From assembly GCA_041599135.1 (NCBI GenBank), contig JBFHXD010000003.1:1-49701 (forward strand): DNA of 49,701 nucleotides, written 5' to 3'. The DNA is from Candidatus Methylomirabilales bacterium. GTDB taxonomy: Bacteria > Methylomirabilota > Methylomirabilia > Methylomirabilales > CSP1-5. Positions 43,027 to 49,701 of this stretch are shown piece after piece. Made by a program: the position numbers and the translations under genes. Within the stretch, counting starts at the first letter, position 1, and the number at the start of each line of letters is the position of its first letter. The notes below the pieces were generated by a model that saw only the letters and a program-made list of their open reading frames with translations, was not told the origin of the DNA and ran no database searches.

Positions 43027-45201
43027 ATGTACGCGCTTATTCCGCTCCTTCCGCTTTCCGCCTTTCTCATCATCGGCCTCTTCGGTCGATGGCTCAGAGA
43101 GCGGAGCCACCTCGTCGCCATCCCTGCCGTTTCCCTTTCGTTTGCCTTGTCAGCGGTCGCGTTTCTTGATGTCCTCCTCCATGGCCCCATCCGCCTCCCG
43201 CTCTTCACCTTCATCCACTCGGGAAGCCTCCATATCAATCTCGGCCTCTACATTGATACCCTCACCGCCGTGCTGCTCCTCCTGGTGGCCGGGGTAAGCG
43301 ACCTCGTGTATCGCTTCTCCGCCCGCTACATGCAGGGGGATCCTCGGTATGCCCGATTCTTTGCGGTGATCGCCCTCTTCACCGGGGCCATGCTCCTGCT
43401 GGTGATGAGCAGCAACCTGCTCATCCTGTACCTCTGCTGGGAGCTGATGGCCCTCTGCTCGTACCTGCTCATTTCCCACTGGGCGGAGCGCAAGGCGGCC
43501 TGTGTGGCGGCCACCCGGGCCTTCCTGGTGAATGCCGTGGCGGATGTGGGATTGGGACTCGGGGTGCTCCTCACGTTCCTCACCTTTGGGACCCTTGAGA
43601 TCCCCGAGATCCTGGCGAATGTGCCGGCCCATGTGAGGGAGACGATCACCCCCCTTGGCTGGCTGGGCCTTGATTGGGCTGTGCCGGTCACCACGCTGAT
43701 CCCGCTTCTCTTCTTTATTGGTGCGATGGGGAAGTCGGCCCAAGTGCCGTTCCATGTCTGGCTTCCCTTTGCCATGGAGGCTCCCACGCCGGTCTCCGCC
43801 CTGATTCATGCCGCGACGATGGTGAATGCGGGCGTCTACCTCGTGCTCCGTCTCAGCCCACTCTATGCCCTGGCCCCGGTCGCCATGACCCTGGTGGCGG
43901 TGGTAGGGGCGATAACGGCGCTCGGGGCGGCCATCGTGGCCCTGACCCAGAGCGACATCAAACGGATCCTCGCCTATTCCACGATCAGCCAGCTAGGGTT
44001 CATGATGCTGGCCTGCGGGGTGGGAGCATATGTTGCGGCCATCTTCCATCTGGTCGCCCATGGGGCCCTGAAGGGGTTCCTGTTCCTCTATGCCGGGAAT
44101 GCGCTGCAGCCCTTGGCGGTTGAGCAGGACTTCCACTTGCGCGAGCGGCACAGTCATGCGGCTCCCCATCCTGCCCGTCCCTGGCCGCTGTATCCCGTGG
44201 CCCTCGCCCTGGCCTGCCTTCCGCCGCTGGTGATCGTGTTGAGCAGGTATGATCGGCTGTGGATGGCTACCCAGTTCCCCTCGGCTCGGGTGGCCTTCTT
44301 CGTCATCCTGGCGGTCACGACGGGGCTCACAGCCCTGGCCCTCTTCCGCTGGGTTCTTGCGATCCTTCCGCATCCCACGCCAGTGGAGTGGGGGGATCGC
44401 GTCTTCAGTTCTCCGCCGGGCCTCTTGGGGGGGGTGGCGGTCACCGGCATGATCGCCCTCGCCTGGGCTGGCCTGCTGGCGCTGCTGTGGAGGGGTTTCG
44501 TGCAGGCCCTCTCCCCGGTGCTGGTGCCCTCGCCCCTGACCCCCCCAGACGTCTCGGGTCCGCTGCTCCTCGCGCTGCTCACCGCCGCCATCGGGGGCTT
44601 TGGCCTGGCCATGTACGCCCACGTGCGGCCGTACCAGCCATCCCCGTGGCTTGCCGAGCGTCTGAAGCCCCTCTACGTGCTGGTGCTCAATAAGGGGTAC
44701 TTCGATGAAATCTATGACACTGCCATTGTCCGTCCCACCCTCGCACTGGCTCGGTGGCTCGAACGGGTCGTGGAACGGCAGGGCATTGAAGGGCTGGTGC
44801 ACGGGTTGGCAATGCGGAGCGTGGGGGCAGCTCACTGGGTCTGGCAGCATATCGATCTGCGGGGGATTGACCGGCTGGTGGAGGGAATGGCCGGGTTCAT
44901 GGTCAAGCTCGCCCATTGGCTGTGGTATGGGTTGGATCTGCGGGGGATTGACCGGCTGGTGGAGGGAACGGGCAGGCTCATGGTGAGGTTCGCGTATTGG
45001 CTGTGGTATCGGGTGGATCTGCGGGGGGTTGACCGGACGATCGAGCAGGTGGGACGGGTGACGGAGGTCTCCGCGGAGCACCTGCATCAGATGGAGCCCC
45101 GGCTGCTCCCGCACCTGCTAGGGGTGGTGATCCTTCTCCTGGTCCTGGCGATGGGCATACTCATCCGGTTTGCGAGCATGAACGCATCGCTGCCAAGATA
45201 A
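43027..45201 (+). CDS. NuoL/MrpA/DabB-like proton-translocating subunit with extended lateral helix
   Basis: WELMALCSYLLI, GKSAQVPFHVWLP.AMEAPTPVSALIHAATMV, AYSTISQLG, NKGYFDEIY followed by 27-aa repeats. Confidence 0.9.
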   Translation: MYALIPLLPLSAFLIIGLFGRWLRERSHLVAIPAVSLSFALSAVAFLDVLLHGPIRLPLFTFIHSGSLHINLGLYIDTLTAVLLLLVAGVSDLVYRFSARYMQGDPRYARFFAVIALFTGAMLLLVMSSNLLILYLCWELMALCSYLLISHWAERKAACVAATRAFLVNAVADVGLGLGVLLTFLTFGTLEIPEILANVPAHVRETITPLGWLGLDWAVPVTTLIPLLFFIGAMGKSAQVPFHVWLPFAMEAPTPVSALIHAATMVNAGVYLVLRLSPLYALAPVAMTLVAVVGAITALGAAIVALTQSDIKRILAYSTISQLGFMMLACGVGAYVAAIFHLVAHGALKGFLFLYAGNALQPLAVEQDFHLRERHSHAAPHPARPWPLYPVALALACLPPLVIVLSRYDRLWMATQFPSARVAFFVILAVTTGLTALALFRWVLAILPHPTPVEWGDRVFSSPPGLLGGVAVTGMIALAWAGLLALLWRGFVQALSPVLVPSPLTPPDVSGPLLLALLTAAIGGFGLAMYAHVRPYQPSPWLAERLKPLYVLVLNKGYFDEIYDTAIVRPTLALARWLERVVERQGIEGLVHGLAMRSVGAAHWVWQHIDLRGIDRLVEGMAGFMVKLAHWLWYGLDLRGIDRLVEGTGRLMVRFAYWLWYRVDLRGVDRTIEQVGRVTEVSAEHLHQMEPRLLPHLLGVVILLLVLAMGILIRFASMNASLPR
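44773..45096 (+). repeat. 81-nt (27-aa) intragenic tandem repeat, 4 units
   Basis: GATCTGCGGGGG(A/G)TTGACCGG at 44854, 44935, 45016; degenerate first unit at 44773. Confidence 0.9.
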
Positions 45202-45341
45202 TTCGGCCTCCCCTCGCTCCCGGCGGGCACCCAGCCGACCGAGGGCCACTGGCCCGTCGGCTAGAGCTACCAATGAATGCAGTAAGTCGCAGCTTAACGG
45301 GGCGGCGTTAGAGCTGAGACGGGGGTTTGTGGAGGACTGAC

Positions 45342-46814
45342 ATGGCTGAGTTGTTCCTGAACCATCTGCTCAGCTGGATCATTGTGCTGCCCGTACTGGG
45401 CGCGGGCATTCTTGTCTTTCTCCGCAAGGAAGAGACCATCCGGCGGGTCGCCCTCGGCTGCACCCTCCTCGTTTTTGCGCTCTCCCTGCTCCTCTGGCTC
45501 TGGTTTGATCCGTCCACCGACCGGATGCAATTCGTCGAGCGGGTGGCGTGGATGCCGACCTTCAACATCCAGTACGCCGTCGGAGTGGATGGAATCAGCC
45601 TGCCGTTGATCCTCCTCTCCACCCTGCTCTCGCCCCTCTGCGTGCTCTGCTCGTGGAAAAGCATCGAACACCATCAGAAGGCCTTCTTCATGCTTATCCT
45701 GTTCATCGAGAGCTCCATGCTCTTGACGTTCTCCACGATGGATCTGTTTATGTTCTTCATGCTGTGGGAGACCACGACGATGCCGATGTACTTCATCATC
45801 GGGCTGTGGGGTGGCTCCCGACGGATCATGGCTGCGGCCAAGTTTGCGCTCTTTAGCCTCACCGGAAGCCTGGTGCTCCTGGTCGGGATCTTGGGGCTCT
45901 ACCTCGAGGGCGGCCGCACCTTTGACATGCAGGTGCTGGCATCGCAGCAGTATCCCATCAACGCCCAGCTCTGGATCTTCGCCTGCATGTTCTTCGCCTT
46001 TGCGATCAAGACCCCCATGGTGCCCTTTCATTCGTGGCTCCCCGACGCGCACACCGAGGCCCCGACCGCCGGGAGCGTGATCTTAGCCGGCGTCTTCCTG
46101 AAGATGGGGGGCTATGGCTTTGTGCGCCTCTGCCTCCCCATGCTCCCAGATGCAACCGCAAAGTTTGCGCATGTGCTCCTCTGGCTGTCCGTGCTTGCGA
46201 TTCTCTACGGGGGCTACATGGCCCTCGCCCAGGAGGATCTGAAGCGGCTGGTGGCCTATTCCTCGATTTCGCATATGGGCTTTGTGACGTTAGGGGTCTT
46301 TGTGACGAACCACCAGGGTATCCAGGGGGCGCTCCTTCAGATGTTCAATCACGGAATCACCACCGGAGCGCTGTTCTTAGCGGTGGGGCAGCTCTACGAC
46401 CGTACCCATAAGCGCTTGATCGAGGATTATAGTGGCCTCCATCGGCTCATGCCGCGGTTTACTCTGCTGTTTTCCATCTTTGCGGTGGCCTCGTTTGGGC
46501 TCCCCGGCACGAACAACTTCATCGGCGAGTTCCTGGTGCTGGTGGGGACGGCCCAAGTGAGCCTGCTCATGGTCTTTCTGGCGATAGGCGGGATTCTGCT
46601 CGGTGCAGCTTACCTGCTTTGGATGCTGCAACGGACCGCTCTAGGGCCAGTTGCCACGTCTGGACCGCGCTGGCTTCCGGATCTGACCCCGCGCGAGCTG
46701 GTGACCATGATCCCCCTGGCGGTCTTGGTTTTCTGGATCGGCCTCTACCCGAGACCCTTTCTCAAGCTCATGCAGCCCAGCGTAACCATGTTGCTTCGGG
46801 GCCTTGGCCCTTAG
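45342..46814 (+). CDS. nuoM: NADH-quinone oxidoreductase subunit M-like antiporter subunit
   Basis: Start re-called at ATG 45342; GVDGIS, WE...PMY..IG.WG, KTPMVPFHSWLPDAHTEAPTAGS, AYSSISHMG, GLPG..NFIGEF. Confidence 0.92.
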   Translation: MAELFLNHLLSWIIVLPVLGAGILVFLRKEETIRRVALGCTLLVFALSLLLWLWFDPSTDRMQFVERVAWMPTFNIQYAVGVDGISLPLILLSTLLSPLCVLCSWKSIEHHQKAFFMLILFIESSMLLTFSTMDLFMFFMLWETTTMPMYFIIGLWGGSRRIMAAAKFALFSLTGSLVLLVGILGLYLEGGRTFDMQVLASQQYPINAQLWIFACMFFAFAIKTPMVPFHSWLPDAHTEAPTAGSVILAGVFLKMGGYGFVRLCLPMLPDATAKFAHVLLWLSVLAILYGGYMALAQEDLKRLVAYSSISHMGFVTLGVFVTNHQGIQGALLQMFNHGITTGALFLAVGQLYDRTHKRLIEDYSGLHRLMPRFTLLFSIFAVASFGLPGTNNFIGEFLVLVGTAQVSLLMVFLAIGGILLGAAYLLWMLQRTALGPVATSGPRWLPDLTPRELVTMIPLAVLVFWIGLYPRPFLKLMQPSVTMLLRGLGP

Positions 46815-46845
46815 AGCTCGCCGCTGGCTGGGAACCCTGACCGAG

Positions 46846-47823
46846 ATGCTGGCACTCCTCAGTGAGAATCTCTTAACCCCCCCGATCCTCTTTTTCCTCC
46901 TGGGCTTCGGGGCGCGATTGGTCCGGTCGGATCTCGAGATCCCCCGAGAGATCGCCCGCATCCTGTCGATTTATCTGTTGATGGCCATCGGCTTCAAGGG
47001 GGGCGCGGGGTTGGCCAAAAGCGGCTGGACGGCCCAGGTGGCGTTGTCATGCGTGTTGGTGGTCGTGCTCGGCGTCGTGACCACGCTACTGGCCTTCGTC
47101 ATTCTCCGCAAGGTCCTCGGGCTGACCCGCCTCAATGCTGCCACCATCGCGGCTCATTACGGGTCCGTCAGCGCGGTGACCTTCATTACCGGCGTGGTGT
47201 TCCTCGAGCGGATCGGGGCGACCTACGAAGGCTTCACCGTGGCCCTCATGGCGCTCCTGGAATCGCCGGCCATCTTCGTCGGCATCCTGCTCGGCCGGGA
47301 GCGTGGCGGGCAAGAGGGACCGAAGAAGGCCTGGCTGTCGCGGAAGGTCCTGGAGGAGGCGCTGTTCAACGGCAGCATCGTGGTCCTGAGCGGGGGGATG
47401 GTCATCGGCGCGGTGACGGGGGTCCGGGGGATGGAGATGGTCAAGCCGTTCTTGGTCGACCCGTTCCAGGGCGTGCTCACCCTCTTCCTCCTGGACATGG
47501 GCCTGCTGGCGGCCACGCGCGTCCTCGGGTTCCGCCGGATTCCCTGGGGGCTGATCGGCTTTGGCCTGGCCTGGCCCCCCCTCGGCGCCGCTTTGGGGTT
47601 GTTCACGGGGCTCCTCCTGGGCCTCAGTCCGGGGGGGACGATGCTGGTGATGATCATGGGGGCCAGCGGCTCGTACATCGCGGTCCCGGCCGCCCTCCAC
47701 TTGGGGCTGCCCAGGGCGAACATCGCCTACGGCATCACCCTGGCGTTGGCCGTCACCTTTCCGCTCAATATCTCGTTGGGCATTCCTCTCTATTACTGGA
47801 TCGCAACCCTCGTGGCCGGGTGA
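46846..47823 (+). CDS. sbtA: Sodium-dependent bicarbonate transporter SbtA (DUF897)
   Basis: PPILFF.LG, SIYLL.AIGFKGG, AAHYGSVSAVTF, ESPAI, FLLDMG, SYIAVPA, TFPLNI..GIPLY; start uncertain. Confidence 0.93.
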   Translation: MLALLSENLLTPPILFFLLGFGARLVRSDLEIPREIARILSIYLLMAIGFKGGAGLAKSGWTAQVALSCVLVVVLGVVTTLLAFVILRKVLGLTRLNAATIAAHYGSVSAVTFITGVVFLERIGATYEGFTVALMALLESPAIFVGILLGRERGGQEGPKKAWLSRKVLEEALFNGSIVVLSGGMVIGAVTGVRGMEMVKPFLVDPFQGVLTLFLLDMGLLAATRVLGFRRIPWGLIGFGLAWPPLGAALGLFTGLLLGLSPGGTMLVMIMGASGSYIAVPAALHLGLPRANIAYGITLALAVTFPLNISLGIPLYYWIATLVAG

Positions 47824-47837
47824 GGGAAGGGGCAATC

Positions 47838-48161
47838 ATGAAAGAATTGGTGCCGATGCAGAAGCTGGAGATCGTCATCGAGCGATTGCAGCTCGGCCAG
47901 GTGCTCGACATCGTCGAGGCGGCCGGGGCCTCCGGGTACACGGTCCTGCGCGCCGTCCAGACGATGGGGCGTCGCCACGGGGTGCGGGAAGACGTGGGTC
48001 TTGGCGAACTCGAGCGAACGAAACTGGTCCTGGTCGTGGCCCGCCCGCCCGTGATCGCTCGGATCATCGAGGAGGTCACTCCCATCCTGGTCGATTTCCC
48101 CGGGACGCTCTGGGTGTCGGATGTCCAGATGAAGGTGATGGACGTGGGCGAGGGGGATTGA
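47838..48161 (+). CDS. sbtB: P-II-like SbtB regulator
   Basis: MQKLEIVIE...GASGYTV....GRRHG...VSDV; directly after sbtA. Confidence 0.85.
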   Translation: MKELVPMQKLEIVIERLQLGQVLDIVEAAGASGYTVLRAVQTMGRRHGVREDVGLGELERTKLVLVVARPPVIARIIEEVTPILVDFPGTLWVSDVQMKVMDVGEGD

Positions 48162-48197
48162 CAGAGGATTAGGCCGAGCGGTGTGCAGTTTTCTCTC

Positions 48198-48226
48198 TTG
48201 CCAAGGCCAGACCCGCCGGGTATAAT
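48198..48226 (+). promoter_or_regulatory. Sigma70 promoter of the gcv operon
   Basis: TTGCCA-N17-TATAAT. Confidence 0.8.
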
Positions 48227-48321
48227 CCGCCCCATATTACCCCCCTTGCGTTGCCAGTTCGATTGCCACTCAAGAGTCGTTTCTCGTTCTCCTTCTTCGC
48301 CCTTTACGAAGGAGGGGGATC

Positions 48322-49428
48322 GTGGAGCCATCCCAGGCTGACCTCAAAAAGACACCCCTGAATTCGGTCCACCGCCAGATGGGGGCCCGGATGGTCCCAT
48401 TTGGAGGCTGGGATATGCCTGTCCAATACTCCGGCATCCTAGAGGAGCACCGGGCCGTCCGGGGGACCGCCGGCCTGTTCGACATCAGCCACATGGGCGA
48501 GATCGAGTTTCGCGGCCCCGAGGCCCTGACGGCCGTCCAGGGGCTGGTGACCAACGACCCTGCCCGACTTGACATAGGGCAGGTCCAATACGCGGCCCTC
48601 TGCTACGACAATGGGACCTTTGTGGATGACCTCACGGTGTACAAGTTGGCTGATGATCACTTCATGTTCACAGTCAATGCGTCCAATATTGAGAAGGACT
48701 ATCAGTGGATCAAGGCGCATGTTCCCGGGGGGGTCGAGGTCAGGAACATCAGCGATGAGACCGCGCTCCTGGCGCTGCAAGGCCCCAAAGCGCCCGATAT
48801 CCTGCAAAAACTCACTCCGGTAGATCTCAGCCAAATCAGGTATTACTGGTTCCGGCCCGGCAAGGTGCTGGATGCCGATGCCCTGATTTCTCGGACCGGA
48901 TATACGGGCGAAGACGGCTTTGAGATCTATCTCTCATCGGAAAAGGCCGAGTCCCTGTGGAACCGCCTGCTGGCGGAGGGCCGTTCGTTCGGGATTCTCC
49001 CGGTCGGACTAGGGGCCAGAGATACGTTACGGCTGGAGGCCAAGATGGCCCTCTACGGCAACGATATTGACGATAAGCACACGGTGCTGGAGGCCGATCT
49101 CGCTTGGATCGTCAAGTTCGAGAAAGGGGATTTCATCGGGCGGACGGCGCTTCAACAGCAGCAGTCAGCTGGGCTCACGCGGAAACTCGTCGGGTTTGAA
49201 ATGGTAGGCCGCGGAATCGCCCGCCCGCATTACACCGTCGTTGTGGATGGGCGGGAGATCGGCGAAGTGACCAGCGGTGGTCCGTCCCCGACCTTGGGCA
49301 AGAACATCGGACTTGCATACGTGGCGATCGCGCATGCCGCGATCGGGACCGAGATCAACATCCTGATCCGGGGTGAACCGGTTCAGGCCACGATCGTTCC
49401 CGCCCCCTTTTATAAGCGCAAGAGATAG
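48322..49428 (+). CDS. gcvT: Glycine cleavage system aminomethyltransferase T
   Basis: FGGWDMPVQY, GLFDISHMGE, SRTGYTGEDGFE, GLGARDTLRLEA, PFYKR. Confidence 0.98.
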   Translation: MEPSQADLKKTPLNSVHRQMGARMVPFGGWDMPVQYSGILEEHRAVRGTAGLFDISHMGEIEFRGPEALTAVQGLVTNDPARLDIGQVQYAALCYDNGTFVDDLTVYKLADDHFMFTVNASNIEKDYQWIKAHVPGGVEVRNISDETALLALQGPKAPDILQKLTPVDLSQIRYYWFRPGKVLDADALISRTGYTGEDGFEIYLSSEKAESLWNRLLAEGRSFGILPVGLGARDTLRLEAKMALYGNDIDDKHTVLEADLAWIVKFEKGDFIGRTALQQQQSAGLTRKLVGFEMVGRGIARPHYTVVVDGREIGEVTSGGPSPTLGKNIGLAYVAIAHAAIGTEINILIRGEPVQATIVPAPFYKRKR

Positions 49429-49519
49429 CAATCGGCTGTCAGCTGTTAGCAATCAGCTGAAGTGCACGAACTCACCAGGTTGCCGAGAGCTGACAGCGGA
49501 CCGCTGACGGCTGATAGCT
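49427..49519. repeat. Palindromic heptamer element (CAGCNNT/GCTGANN family)
   Basis: AGCAATCGGCTGTCAGCTGTTAGCAATCAGCT ... AGCTGACAGCGGACCGCTGACGGCTGATAGCT. Confidence 0.8.
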
Positions 49520-49538
49520 TCATTCATGGGAGGACATC

Positions 49539-49701
49539 ATGCATGTGCCAGAAGGACTCAAGTACACCAAAGAACACGAGTGGATCAAGGTGGAGGGGGA
49601 TAAAGGACGGGTCGGCATTACGCATTACGCGCAGGATCAGCTGGGAGATGTCGTGTTTGTAGAGCTGCCGAAGAAAGGACGGCGACTTAAACAGATGGAG
49701 C
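49539..49701 (+). CDS. gcvH: Glycine cleavage system H protein (3' truncated by window)
   Basis: Not in the ORF track; reads [41 protein letters not shown]; GGAGG RBS. Confidence 0.95.
   Translation, partial: MHVPEGLKYTKEHEWIKVEGDKGRVGITHYAQDQLGDVVFVELPKKGRRLKQME

Noticed and set aside
46804-46846. nuoM-sbtA frameshift fusion at CCT TAG
   Set aside because: No re-pairing codon or upstream SD; a separate ATG at 46846 is simpler.
47049-47837. 370-aa N-terminally extended SbtB
   Set aside because: The extension overlaps sbtA out of frame; ATG 47838 has its own RBS-like sequence.
48162-48321. Glycine riboswitch upstream of gcvT
   Set aside because: No recognisable aptamer motifs; a strong promoter leaves only about 90 nt of leader.

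Overview
GC-rich bacterial chromosomal window with no rRNA, tRNA, CRISPR array or transposase seen. It has five blocks. (1) 1-8.7 kb: end of a dcw cluster (murC end, murB, ftsQ, ftsA, ftsZ; no ddl), then a secreted TPR protein, pgeF, yggS, an S4/RqcP-like protein and transaldolase. (2) 8.9-20.3 kb: an IclR-flanked metabolic island with two family III CoA-transferases, small Cys-rich proteins, a histone-like/Cys-domain protein, a benzoate-CoA-ligase-family enzyme and three U32 (UbiU/UbiU/UbiV-like) Fe-S proteins. (3) 20.4-31.9 kb, minus strand: a putative ubiquitin-like conjugation cluster with three E2-like proteins, a JAB protease, a Ubl ending in ...AGEKG, TPR and unknown proteins, and no E1. 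It also carries a ChlI/ChlD-like AAA+/VWA gene split by a near-perfect prfB (RF2)-type +1 frameshift cassette (AGGAGG-CAT-CTT-TGA-C). (4) 33-48.2 kb: an OFA-family MFS transporter, crotonyl-CoA carboxylase/reductase, and a DabA (DUF2309) + Mrp + NuoL/NuoM-like + SbtAB inorganic-carbon uptake cluster whose NuoL-like subunit has a lateral helix extended by 27-aa repeats. (5) gcvT and the start of gcvH. Intergenic heptamer and nonamer repeats recur throughout. All calls come from motif recognition by eye; no searches were run.
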